Below, in pieces: positions 25,609-37,942 of a stretch of 64,000 bases of DNA. How positions within the stretch are numbered: the stretch's first letter is position 1; every line of letters begins with the position of its first letter. Source of the stretch: Kondoa subrosea (Eukaryota); NCBI GenBank assembly GCA_039545335.1, contig BCIN01000001.1, positions 3,413,136-3,477,135 on the forward strand, read 5' to 3'. The notes under the pieces are model-generated. The model made no database searches, was not told the origin of the DNA, and saw only the letters and a list, made by a program, of their open reading frames with translations. The position numbers and the translations under genes were made by a program.

Positions 25609-26969
25609 CTAGTAGCAAGATTTGCCGTTCCAAAGCTTATTGATAAGTTTGCAAGAAGCTTCGGTCCAGATGTAGTTTGGGTCGGGTACGCAAAGGAACA
25701 CGATAAGATCGTAACCCTAGTAGAGAAATATGCTGATCAGTCAATGGTAGAGACAAAGCAGAGAGTGAAGCTTACTGGAGGGCAGCTAGTCTGCTTCTCT
25801 TTGCAGCACTTGTCAGAAGTGGACCAGATCCAGCCAGATTGGCAAGTAGGGTTGACGCATGACTTTTTGTCACTGCTCAAAACTTGACCCTATGATCGAG
25901 GAATATTGAATTCCAAGCTGTAGAATTACAGGGACGAGCTTACATTGTAGCAAGTTGGAGGGTTCTGAACGCAGCACTTGGATGAGGTAGACCAGGACCA
26001 TCCAGATTGGCAAGTAGGGTTGACGCAAGCAGTTTTGGCGCTGTTAAGAACTTGGCCCTGTCCAACAGAGAATTCAGTCAAAACGTACGCAACAGGACTG
26101 GATTAAAGAGACTAACATTGTAGCAAGTTGGTGGAGGGTTCTGAACGCAGCACTTGGAAGAGGTAGACCAGGACCAACCAGATTGGCAGGTAGGGTTGAC
26201 GCAGGCAGTTTTGGCGCTGTTAAGAACTTGACCCTGTTTAAACGAGAAGGAGAAGTCAATCGAACTGTTTGTAAAAGACCTGGATCAAAGGAACTAACGT
26301 TATAGCAAGTTGGTGGAGGGTTCTGAACGCAGCACTTGGAAGAGGTAGACCATGACCATCCAGATTGGCAAGTCGGGTTGACACAGGCAGTCTTGGCGCT
26401 GTTAAGAACTTGGCCCTATTAATGGCAAAATCAGCGCTTAAATTTCGACTAGATCGAGGTCGATCGAACTGACATTGTAGCAAGTGGGAGGGTTCTGGAC
26501 GCAGCAATGAGAGGTAGTGGACCAGGACCAGCCAGATTGGCAAGAAGGGTTGACGCATGCAGTTTTGGCGCTGTTGAGAACTTGGCCCTGTGCATGAAAC
26601 AACAACAGTCAGACCCAATAGATACAGCAAAAGGAAGGACTGACATTGTAGCAGGTAGGATAAGTAGGTTCGACACAGCACGACTGATCCCAAGACCAAA
26701 TTTGGTTCTGCACAAGGCGTATCAGGTTGTGTATGACAAGACAGCGAAAGATCAAAAGACATACACCGCAGCTAGGAGGAGTGCCATGAACACAGGCCAA
26801 CTTGAAGAGGTCCCATGTCCAGTACTACTGAAATTGTTAGCTCTGAACCTGATATAAAAGCTTTGTCATTCACCTGAGGGCAGAGACCAAAAGTACGCTT
26901 CTCAACATCAGCAGCAGGAGCGGCTAGGACTGAGGCAGCCGTAATAGTGAGAAGAGCGATGAGCTTCAT
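25609..26969 (-). CDS. Secreted Cys-rich tandem-repeat protein, 300 aa, 9 exons
   Basis: Exons 26969-26874, 26824-26765, 26707-26645, 26587-26474, 26415-26299, 26233-26117, 26057-25944, 25889-25776, 25716-25609 join with GT-AG introns of 49-65 nt into one open frame: signal peptide MKLIALLTITAASVLA, pro-region ending EKR, five GQVLNSAKTACVNPTCQSGWSWSTSSKCCVQNPP(P)TCYN-type repeats. Confidence 0.9.
25776..26587 (-). repeat. Five tandem 114-117-nt repeat exons separated by divergent introns (period ~170-180 nt)
   Basis: Recurrent plus-strand blocks ccagattggcaagtagggttgacgca and gagggttctgaacgcagcactt. Confidence 0.95.
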
Positions 26970-27059
26970 GATGCTTTGAGGGAAAGTTTTGGAAAAGGAA
27001 TGTATGGAGAGAATGAGAAGATGGGAAGTGAAGAAGAAAGAGAGGAGAGAGATGGGCGC

Positions 27060-27065
27060 TTTATA
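27060..27065 (-). promoter_or_regulatory. TATA box of the Cys-rich repeat gene
   Basis: TATAAA on the minus strand ~90 nt upstream of ATG 26969, followed by a pyrimidine-rich leader. Confidence 0.55.
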
Positions 27066-28060
27066 TTGTGCGGTGAGTACAGCTGAAGACCGACTCGGAT
27101 CTCCGCACGATCGGTCAGAAGCATCTGGATCTGCAAGGGCTGAGACATCTGTGAGACAGACGCTTCCGCACATGCACAACCCCCAAAGCCCATTGGAGTG
27201 CAAGGAGCGGGACGGCAGATCGCCCAAGGTCCCTACAATTTTAGTCCACGATCGACAAGCAAAGACATCTGAGAGACAGTTCTTATTTCTGTGTAGGCTG
27301 GTCCACGATTCGAGGTCTTTTGAGGCGCTAGTTGAAGACAGTCATTGAAAGGATCTTCGGAGTCCGAGGACTAGCCGCGATGGTGCCAAGGCGGAAGGCC
27401 GCAGACGGGATTTGAGGATTAAGATTCAGTAACATTTTTTGTTAGCGAGTATTGCATAATTTAGTGCTCGTAGAGCTCTCCATTGGCCGGAAGTGTTGCA
27501 CAACGCAAGCTAGGATCGAACACTACTGCTGACTTCCTTTTGTCGCAATGATCAACGCAGAAGGTTCCACAAAGAGATTGACATGTCAGTGCTGTTGCAC
27601 TTTGCTATTTCCACTAATTTACAAACTGCCGAACAGAAGCCTAGTATACTTGTGTATCAGCAAATGTACAACGAATCAGGAGAAGCAATACTACGCACTT
27701 TTGGACGATTTAGTGGTCCCGTGAAAAACAGCTCATAATTCGGTAATTAGGTCTGAAGGAGTAAAGATAGCACAGCAGAAGATCAAACAATAACGCGACA
27801 GCATCAAAAGACAGCAGAAGCACTGGCAGGAGTGAACTATTACTATTGAAGCTCAAAGATCTCGTTTGGCTCGCATTTTTCCAAGTACGTAGGGCACTGC
27901 GCATGTTCGTGTACGCTGCGTGTACGCTAGAGATAGAGTAAGGGGCTTGTTAAGCACTCAGATTGAAGCTGAGCAAGGTGTAATGTCATTTTTCTTCTTT
28001 GGACATGCTCGTCAACGTGTCTCGTGGATTTACCCTTCTGCATTTGATACCTCGCAGTAC

Positions 28061-30370
28061 ATGAGCAGTCTTGATACTGCCGCCGCAACCAGCAGCTCAA
28101 CCGAATCGCTCTTGCACAAGCGCAAGTCAACGCGGTCTGACCAACCAGAGCAAATGCTTAGAAACGGTGGAGCTCGCTCGCCTGCTAAAGTAACGTTGGA
28201 TGACGATGATACGGCTGAGATGGGTCAAGGAAAGCTAGTCTTTCAGCAAAAGGAACATGATTATCCACATTCGAATGGCAAAGAAGCTAGTGCCAGCAGC
28301 GGGTCTGACAAGCAGGCTGAGTCATTGAGCAATATGAATGCGAAGGACAAGAGGGCTGTGATATTGCTGGTCATTCTCTGTTGGTATTACGAGTTGTGCT
28401 GGCGAGATCTCGGACTGAACTTCGCGTCGTGCATTCAGATTTATTGCAAGGCATCCCTGTTGGCCTAGCATTCGGCTCAATACCGTATTTGTTACGTGCT
28501 CGACTCTCCTACTCGCAGATAGGGCTCTTCAGTTTAGCTTCCTATCCTTATTCTCTCAAACTACTTTGGTCACCTATTGTGGATTCGTGCTATAACCCGA
28601 AATGGGGACGCCGGAAGAGTTGGATCGTTCCTGTGCAATTGATAGTGGGGTGTTTGCTTTGGTGGTTGAGCAATAATGCCCAACAATTGATAGAAAAGGT
28701 CAGCTAGTCCGTCTTCAGTTGCTGACAAAGACTGAAAGATATACAGGAAGAACCGAATGTCAAGCTGATAACAGCCATCTTCTTCACTCTAGTCTTCTTT
28801 GCAGCAACACAAGGTTAGTGATCTCGTGTCGTTTTGCCCTTGATGCGTTATCTCAATCCTTAACCCAGATATTGCCGTCGACGGCTGGGCTTTAACGCTA
28901 CTTTCCAAAGCAAACCTCTCCTATGCTTCAACAGCGCAAACTGCAGGCCTCAATACAGGCTATTTCCTCTCATTCACCGTTTTCCTCGCTTTCAACTCTG
29001 TGGAATTTTCAAACAAGTACTTTAGACCTTCAGCTACACCTCTAGAATATCCTTTGGTCACACTTGCTGGCTATTTGAGATTCGCTGCCATGGCTTATTT
29101 GGCTGTTACGGCATACTTGGTTTTTCTGCAGAAGGAGGTTCGTCAAGAAGGCCTCAATTTGAGTCTGATCTCATCATAGTACCGTCCACGAACAGGATGC
29201 CCCAGAACACGACGAATCCGAGATGGGTATACAGAAAGTCTACTCGATCATGTACTCAATATGCAAGCTTAAACGCAAGTCGTTCCTCAAGCTTTAACAT
29301 GATAATCACTGATCTTACAAGGAAAACAGACGTACAATCTTTTCTCGTCGTTCACCTTATAGCGAAATTAGGAACAGCTACTTCCGATGCCGTCACTTCA
29401 CTCAAACTACTCGAAAAGGGTTTATCGAAAGAAGATCTGGCCTTAGCTGTATTGATTGACTTTCCTTTCCAAATCATCTTTGGTTACCTTGCTGCAAGTT
29501 GGTCAAATGGTGATCGACCACTGAAACCCGTTTGCTTTTCATCTACACCTCATGTGAGCTTGGCTGATCTAGGACAATCGACAGTGGTATACTGCTATGT
29601 GGTTCAGATTGGGCTTCGCAGTCGTGTCTATGCTCCTCATATCGAATTTCCCTTCCGGACCAGTATCGACTTCTTTCCTTATTTTGGTCATATTCACCAC
29701 TGTGCTGGGAAGCTTCGCCTCGTACGTTGATGTCGCCTTTTGACCGTTCATGGTCTTACAGAGAAGACTTGATTTGTACAGAACCGTACAATTTGTCGGT
29801 ATATCAGCCTTCCATACCCAAATAGCGGACCCAGTAATCGGCGGAACCTACATGACAGTCAGTTCCCTTCCATTTTCCCATACTCTCGTGTGTGCCTCTG
29901 TACTGAGTGACGTGCATCCGTGAACAGCTCCTGAATACCGTCAGCAATTTAGGAGGCACTTGGCCAAGATATTTCGTTCTTCAAGGTGTTGATTATTTCA
30001 CTATCGCAAGCTGTAGAATCAAGGAAGAATCAAGCGAGATCATTATCAAAGGTTCGGAATTATCCTTCTTTAGCTGACTGTAGCTGAGAGAAATCCATCC
30101 GCGAACAGCACATGAATGTGTTAGCGATAAAGGTAGAGCTATGTGTTCTGAAATAGGTGGGAAATGCGTGACGGATCGAGATGGGTATTTCATCGTTTCT
30201 GGAACTTGCGTCGTGCTGGGCGCGGCGATTTTGGCCTTCTACATTTGGCCAATAGCTCAAAGATTAAATGGTGCGTTTTGTCCGAGGCCTCTTTTATGGG
30301 AACTTCGCTGATGCTCTTTGATCTGCGTAAAGCTTTGCCGAAGTCTAGCTGGCGTGTAAAACTAGATTAG
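28061..30370 (+). CDS. Acetyl-CoA transporter AT-1/SLC33A1 family (Acatn, MFS)
   Basis: LLQGIPVGLAFGSIPYLL, SLASYPYSLKLLWSPIVDS, GRRKSWIVPVQ, AATQDIAVDGWAL, ADPVIGGTYMTLLNTVSNLGGTWP. Confidence 0.92.
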
Positions 30371-30574
30371 AAGCAATAATTCATATTGACATTCCGTTTC
30401 ACGGAAAAAGTGTTTCCTCTGTGACTAGATTTTATTTCCGATGATCTAAGATGCAAGCACAAATACCTATTTCTCTACAATTACAAGAAAACGAACAGCA
30501 GAAAGTCTAATGAATGCGGTAATGAAGAAACCAAGTAATACAATGGTGAGAACGAGCTCAAGAAACTCTCTCAA

Positions 30575-31822
30575 TCAGACCATGACCTCCATCTCGCTTT
30601 GGACTTGCGTCTGCTTCCACCACGATGCAAAGATGGCAAAAGCTAAACACGAAACCAAAGCTGAGAGTTGGAGCCATCGCGCATCTCGCTTGGAAGTAGA
30701 GAGTGCAGTGACTGTTGATGCTACTTGCTTGACTACAGGTGGATCGGAAGAGAGGACAGAAGTCTTCTGTTGTTCCGCTGCGTAAGATGCTGAGAAACTT
30801 GCAAAGAGTCGGACGTTGAGTTCGAAAGCATGATTGGCTTCTTGCATCAGGTCGACTGCACCTCAATCAGCTCTATTCACCTCACAGCATAAGAAAAGAC
30901 TCACCTCGATCGCTTCGAGGCATATCTTGTCCCGCTGTGTCAATGCCCGCCCGGAATACACGCTTGAGTTCTTTGACTGCTGCTGGGGTAACGTTATCGT
31001 TGAAGAAATAAAACCGCTGTCCATCCATCGTTTCTTCCGATAAAGAGTAGGAAGAAGCTACAGCTTTCCTTATAGCTTGACCGCCTGATAAATCGCCCAT
31101 ATATCGAACTGCGAACTATCAGCGAGTAATTGAGTGAAGAATAAAGTATACTGACCATACGAGTGAGCCAAAAGTAGATCTGGTCTTGCTTCCGCAGGCA
31201 TATAAATGTATTCTTCTTGTTCTTTACTAATAACAATCCCTTCATCAACATCCAATCCGCCTAAAGTTCTAAGTCGAGCTATATAATCCGATAAAGCTGC
31301 CATGACTTCAGGTGCTAAAGTGTTTGCCCATTCATGGGAAGTCCAATCTGAATCTGGTGGTAAGGAAAGGAAATAGCGAATATCATGCTCTAGAGCTGGT
31401 GCACGAGCTAAAATTGCTGGGTTGTAGGTTGACGCTAAGGCTGAGTGATTGACGTGCAAAGACAGAACATGTTCCAGCGTAGAGTAGATGCGATGCAAGC
31501 AGATGAGGTATTGGACATGCGTGCGAAGAGCTGTTGTTCGGCGTCAGCACAGTATGAACGAGCTCGCGAGCCAATACTCACGTATCGAGCCTGTTATTAG
31601 AGCACTGCACAAAGGATTATTAGCCCAAAGAAGGCAATATCTCGCCCGAGCTAAGACTTACTTGACTATCACAGGTCTCTGCACTACCTCATGAGCGTCT
31701 ACTGTAGCCTTTCGCAAAAGATCTGAGGTCGGACCAGTCAGATCATCAGAATCTTGAGCCGCTTTCACTTGTTTCATGAAAGGCGATTGCTCGACCATAT
31801 ATGAAGTAGTTGTAGCGCTCAT
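30575..31822 (-). CDS. HMX1: Heme oxygenase with C-terminal membrane anchor
   Basis: LLRKATVDAHE (proximal His), IYSTLE, LARAPALEHDIRYF, LLLAHSY..YMGDLSGGQ, EANHAFELN, hydrophobic C-terminal tail. Confidence 0.85.
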
Positions 31823-32139
31823 CGTATGTCTAGATCACGGTCGAAGGGTAACAAAATAGTCTTGGTATCGAATCACAGAGCCCTCAAGAGATCATTGGTC
31901 AGTCGGAAAGAAAGGGGTCACGAATCAAATCACATTATAGCCACCCGGGCTATCTGCCTGCGCTCATAATACGACAGCTATTGCGCTGCACGAGTAGATA
32001 CCACTGCGATCGAAGTCCTTTCAGTCGAGGGCTGAGTAGGATTGCGTTTAGCTCTGTTCGCCTTGAGCAGGATCTGCAGTCCTGAGGACAGCTAGCCAGA
32101 TGCAGATGAATAAGCTCGGAATGGATGCATCTATAGCGT

Positions 32140-34064
32140 TTACGAACCTTTGAAAAGCTGAAGAACCTTGCCTATCTCACTAACGGGCAATACGCGACCG
32201 TGATCACGACCTCTAGAAATATTGCCATACTTGCTTCTCCAGATTGGCGTGTAGTAGGGCGGTACTATATAGCCGTTCACGACGTCTGCAACCGGAATTA
32301 GTCGAGGACAATATCTTTCACTCTAATGCCCCAAACTCACAGACTTGATCAGATCGATTGCCGTCAATACTACATTGCCCAATCTCTGCCATTTTGATTC
32401 CTGTTCCTTTGTCGCAGGAAGATCGAAGCGAATCCAAGATCCGCTGATACTGCTCTTCTTCCTCTTTAGAAGGCCCATCGAGTCTTTCCTTCATGATCTT
32501 CCCAACATCTAATCGCATTGTCAATAGGTCGCTCCTGATCTAAGCTAAGCAACTTCGTGTACCAGCAAATTGCGTGTAGGCTGTAGATAGCATTGCGTAA
32601 AGGTTGCCTGACCCAGGAAGAAGTGCATCGATGAACCATGTTGCGTTGATGAGCGAACCTTGATTGAGTAGAAGCACAAACTTCAACACTGGAAAGGATG
32701 GTGGAAATAGGAATGGATCTGGCTCTGGCGTATCGAATTTGATTTTGAAAACGTGAGGACCCCCAACCTTAGCTTATCCGCATGAGAGCTCGCTCGAGAA
32801 GAAGATTGTATTGATGGACTTACTCCTTGCATTGTGTAACCATATTCCGATACGAGAATAATATGTTCCCCTTCTGCCGACAAAGGCACAAGAGGTGTAC
32901 CCAGCGGCGATCCATCGGGCAGCACTATGGAGTCCCTTAGATCAGACTAGACGGGTTATCGCTTGTATTTACCGGTGTTGAGCATTTCTACGCCAAGCTC
33001 TCTGGTTGCGCTACAATGGCACAGTCAGCGATAATGTAGTCGTTCGTCAAATACAATTACAGGAAGATTCTGCTCTTGTGGTCAGCTACGGTACGCTTTC
33101 ATCCAAATAGCCTCACCCGGAAATATGGAAGCGGTAACCTATCGCTGATTTGCGTCGCTGCACTTCGATGACTGTAGTACATTGTAACAGCGGAATTGCG
33201 CATTCTTTGGCCGCATTGCTTGCAATGATCCCAAAATTGGCATGGCTTGACAAGATCCAGGCCTTCAGGGTAGTTTCGTTACATTTGTCTTCCTCGTTCT
33301 CCCTCGCGCTAGGTCTGGGAAGCTTCGAATAAATTTCCGACGAGAGCTGTTGATCGAAGCTTAAGGCTCCACAAAGTTTCTGATGCGGGTTCGGGCCTTT
33401 CCAATCTGCAGCCATGCACTCTTTGCAAATCCGATCAGGTTACTTTCGTATCCAGCGATATTGTGGCGTACTCGAGCTACAGTATCCATTGCGGTCTGTC
33501 AACGCCAGCAAAACGAACTGCGGATTTGAGCTCTTGCCTGGCTGTATAGCATCCAGAGCACTTTTTGATGCGCTTGCTGACATTGAAGCAGACTGAACAC
33601 ATTGAAAGGCCAAATTCCATATCATCTGATCCTGTAGTAAGCTAAACATTTTGTGATGAGCTTGGATCGCATGCCTTCGCTAAACAGTGAGAGATTGTCA
33701 GATCATTCCAGCATTTCAGAGAGCCGCTTACCTTTCAAAGAGAGTATGCAGCGGATACCAGCTTCCAGGCATCTTGGCCGTCTGGAAAAGAAAGGAGAAA
33801 ATCAAGAGAAACTTGAAGGCTTTCACAGACAATGACAAGAAGGTCCTGGAAAACATGCAATGAAAATTGAAGCAAGGAGTTGCAATAGGAGCGGTAAGGG
33901 CAGATGTGCTCTACTATGTCGAAGCATAGCAGAATCTCGAAGAACAAAGCAATCAGAGACAGAGCGAAAGACCAGAGCGGCGCCGCAGCATTTCCGTCTG
34001 AGAACAAGGCAGCCGTAGATATGATAATAAGCCTCGTTGTATTGAATGTTATGCTTGACGGCAT
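32140..34064 (-). pseudogene. zf-MYND-domain gene, apparently frameshifted
   Basis: CSVC..KKCSGC..PQW/(+1 nt)/YCSS|KCMAADWKGPNPHQKLCG matches MYND spacing; both ends approximate. Confidence 0.45.
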
Positions 34065-34184
34065 ATAATGGACCTGTGAGGTATGATCCAGACCGTTCGG
34101 AAAACGCGGAATGAAACTTGACGGACCTCAACTGCAAGCTATACCTGATGCAATGATCTGCCCTTGGAAAGATAGAGAAAGGTA

Positions 34185-35331
34185 CTATACAATAAATCCA
34201 TCCAATTTCCAACCCTTTCCGCGAGCAACGTAGTTTTCTACATAGCTTTGCCAATTAGGCTCTTCCCACTTGCCTAAGAAGTCAGCTTGAGGCAAGATGC
34301 TCAAATAGGCTGGTGATGTTATCAGCCTCTCGATGTACAGCAGCAGCGAAAAACCACCCACATGATCGCTGAAATTCTTGCGCTTCGATGCCCTAATATT
34401 CGACAAATCAGCCGAGCAAGTCATCGAGTGGATCACGACTTACGTTATGGAAAGCGAAAGAAACAATTGCCAAATTACAGACCGCAGGCCGATGTCTTCG
34501 AGCAACAGGCAAATAGTTGACGTAATATTGAGCTAGACCTTGATATCTGTCTGTATGATTTCGATCCGTTAAAGATGCTCTCCATTCTTCGATCTCTGTG
34601 CAAGCAATCTTCTTCACTTTGAACGCTCGTTTGGCTTTTGTGTTCTCGTTGAAGTCAGGAGATACGGGTTCTAATTCAACCCATAGCACGTGAGGCTTGA
34701 TGTCATGAGGAGGCAGTCGATTATATCCAACGGCATTAAAGAGACCAAAGGTAAGTAGGGGTTTATATGCTTCTACCCATTCAGTTATGTTGAGCGGGAT
34801 TGCTGCCATCTGCAGACTCTCTCGTAAGACGTATGATCTTACGCGTTCGGAGTAAGCTCACAGGTACAATATGGAGTCCTTGTGTTCAGCAGAAAAATAC
34901 GAAAAGTCAACACTTTCATTCGCTTCTCGTCTTGCTGAGGTTTCTCGTTGTACACTTGCAAGTCCTCTGCATAGAGCTCGATGAGCTGGCCAATGCTGTG
35001 TTTCCGTATTAGAATCGCCCGGATGAGCTTGGTAAGCAGATGATCATGCATGCATAGACTTACGGCAATTCTGATCCTAAAGCGAGTGATTAGTAAAGCA
35101 ACGACAACATCGTTTGTAACAGTAAACTACCACAGTAGCTTTTGGAACGACATCTAGAGCAGATTCTCAGCTTTCCCCCAGTCTGCTGTAGGCTATCAGC
35201 TGATCGCGAGCAATTCTGGAATATCAAGCGAATCAAGGTCTTATCTTCTCGATTTAGAAGACACGAACTGCACAAGCATGCTGCGTTCCCGTTCTGGGAT
35301 TGGCATGATCGCTGGCTTGCGGGGTTTGCAT
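34185..35331 (-). pseudogene. Second zf-MYND-domain gene with splice/frame lesions
   Basis: MQTP..HACA|NCSR..LRICSRCRSKSYC..C..HWPAHRALC; restoring the motif needs removal of 1 nt near 35067-35077 and a CGG acceptor at 35006-35004. Confidence 0.5.
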
Positions 35332-35644
35332 TGTAAATTGGAAATGAAATGAAAGAGGGCTGCGCACGACAGCCAGAGATCAACACGACGTTGGTAGAAG
35401 CGAAACGGCAAGAAAACGAATAAAGCAGACCAACTAGCAAGATATATATCGGGGTGCAAAAGACCTTCGCAGCCATAGCAGCGAGTCGCGAAGCAGGTGA
35501 TAGGAAGAAGCAGGTAATAGGAGGGAAGAAAGAGAACTGTCAGGTCTCGGTTAGATGATAACTCACAGTGTATTGCAGTGGTGCACAAGTATCTCCTTCA
35601 CGGTTCGCGGAAGACCCAACCTCGACAATAAACAGCGAAAAGCA

Positions 35645-36039
35645 ATGACCAGACTATCGAAACTGCTGGCTCTAAGCAGCCTGTCACTAGTGACATATAT
35701 TCTGCTACTGCTGGACATCCTTCCTGTACCATTGATCAGCAATGAAACGAAATGGGCCATCTTACCAATTGTTCGCCTTACGTCGCGAGATGCTACGATG
35801 AGAAGCTTATACACGCGTGGATAGCTGCCATTTTGGTGTCTCGTTACATTGGGCTCTTATTGCTTGTATGATCTGGGAATGGGCGTGCTCACTTTTGGGG
35901 ATTGCACCGAAGCGTATCATGAAGTTCTTTCTGTTTGTCTCGTTCTCTGACTGCTTGATTACCCCGATCTCACACATATGCTATATAGGACGTCAAAGAA
36001 GCTAGAGATTATCTGCAAACGAAGGGGATCACCACATGA
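35645..36039 (+). CDS. DPM3: Dolichol-phosphate mannosyltransferase subunit 3
   Basis: MTR..LPI|LPFWCLVTLGSYCLYDLGMGVLTFGDCTEAYHEVLS|DVKEARDYLQTKGI. Confidence 0.9.
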
Positions 36040-36267
36040 GGATTCAGGGATTACATTAGCTAGACGGGATCAGCCTGAAGAGGAAAGAGATCAATGTGGT
36101 AGACATGAGTTGAGAGGTGTACGGCTTGAGATTGTAAAATAGTTAGAAGAGGGCATTGCATTGCATTGGAAATTCAACACATTGTATCTGTCTTGCGGGA
36201 TTTGTTCAGTATCATCCTCTCAGACGAATGTCCGGAGCGCTGTCAGGTAGCTTGGCCGCCAAATGAA

Positions 36268-37843
36268 CTAGGTCTTGGTAGACTGTTCAGTATCAGCAGG
36301 TTGATGCCGAGCTGATCTTCTTCGAGGAGCCTCTACTTCTTTTGCTCTCCCCTTCCCCTTCCCAGAATAAGCTGCTTCATTTGAGGCTTGCTTCTTGGCT
36401 TCCTCTTGTATGTCCACTACAACGTCTTTACTCTTTCTTGTTACTTGAGGAATAGGCGGAAGAGCATGTTGTTCTGCTATCAAAGCTCGTTCGATTTCTT
36501 CCTCTGATGGATCTTTATGCTTCACTGCTCGAGCAGGTGACGGTCTTCTAGGTGATCGCCTGACTGATGAGTTTGGAGCAGGAGCAGAAGAAGAAGGTTC
36601 GGCCGTAGTCGAAGCAGGAAATTGAGGTGCTATGAGTTCTGGTTCGTTGTCCAGGTCAGGTATCGGAGATAAGGTAGAGCTTCGATCGCTGTCATCATCG
36701 GCATAGTCCGGTTGTGTGGGCGAGTCTTGCAATCGTTTGGACACTCGACTTGGCACGGTAATGACCAGTTTGCGTTTCTTTGCTGGTCGCTTTGATTCAA
36801 GTGAGGAAGTAAGACTTAGAGGTGCGTCAGAGGTGAAATTTTTATCCTTATTATTGAGGTTGTTCTTGAGACGCAGCCGAATAGTTGTAGGCAAAGGGGC
36901 TGTTTCTTCTACTTGAGGTGATTCTTTCCTCTTGGATTTATCCTGGCCAGTACTGGTAGACGTTGTTGGGAGAGAAGAAGGTCCAACAGAAGGTTGACGG
37001 GGATGTAAAAGATCGTCATACCGCCTTAAAGTCTGTTCCCCTTCGCGCATCAATAAGCGCTTCACTCTCTCCATCTCTGCTGCTTTCGCTTGTCGCTCTT
37101 CGTCTGCTGTACATCCTTCGGGCAAGACTAACGCGTTAATTTGTACAGAGGAGCGTAGAAGAGTCCATAGAGTAGTGACAGCATTTTCACCAAGTTTAAT
37201 CCGGTCAAGCAGAGCTTTGAGCTTGTTTCGTTCTTGAGAGAGGTTCTCGACTTCTTGCTTTTTGGCTCTCTTTTCTAAGATCTCAGGACCTCGATGTCGA
37301 CGAGCGTAAGCTGCATCTGAAGTATCCATCAACTAAGTCTCAACTATCAGCTTCACATGAAAATCACAAGGATAGGGGAATTAACCTCTTCTCTTCCCTT
37401 CCTGACTCTCGTTCCCATTTCGGCCTCGTTCAACACACGGAATTGAGGTACTTCGATTGTTTCTGACGGGGGATCTTCCTCATTTGTCGGCCGCTCATAC
37501 AGTACAAAAGGCGGATCATATTCAGAAGGTAATGTGTCTTCAGTAGATAGAAAGAGCACAGTAGAAGATGGTAGCTCAAAGACTTGTTTCGAGGGGCCTG
37601 AAATGTTTTGTCATCAGTTCCTACAAACGGACACAAGAGCAGACTTCGCAGCTGACCTGGTTCAGGAATAGAAGCATTACTACTCGCATCTGTACTGAAG
37701 AGCTTAGAACCTCTAGTGACTCGCCTCTCTTGAACTTTCTTGACTGGGGGAACAATGTTTTTCGGAATTACTGCTTGAGGAAGAGGTTCTTCTACTGCTT
37801 TCTGTTTGCCTTGAGCTTTGGCTGATCGAGCTCGAGTCGTCAT
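36268..37843 (-). CDS. PEHE/Sas4-like chromatin (histone acetyltransferase complex) subunit
   Basis: IEVPQFR..|..DTSDAAYARRHRGPEILEKRAKKQE followed by a coiled coil and a disordered tail. Confidence 0.55.
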
Positions 37844-37942
37844 CAGCCCGTGCAAGCGGGAGTATAAACACGCGTTTACAGGAAAACAATGAATTGACAT
37901 AAATTCTGGGGTCATATGTTTACACGCGGACAGACTTCTCAA

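Noticed and set aside
25516..25611. Stop read-through adding a hydrophobic tail (VLKFLGILFLSLL..) to the repeat protein
   Set aside because: TAG-G is not a typical read-through context, and T-rich 3' UTRs give such frames by chance
25776..26587. CRISPR-like array of repeats with unique spacers
   Set aside because: The repeats are 114-117-nt coding exons with mostly synonymous variation, and the spacers are GT-AG introns; the context is eukaryotic with no cas genes
26074..26762. ORF-track peptides such as AKFLTAPKLPASTLPANL
   Set aside because: Wrong-frame read-through of the Cys-rich repeat exons
25609..26969. Kex2-processed repeat (KEP/dikaritin RiPP) precursor
   Set aside because: Only one KR site, after the pro-region, and none between repeats; no UstYa/DUF3328-like gene recognised nearby
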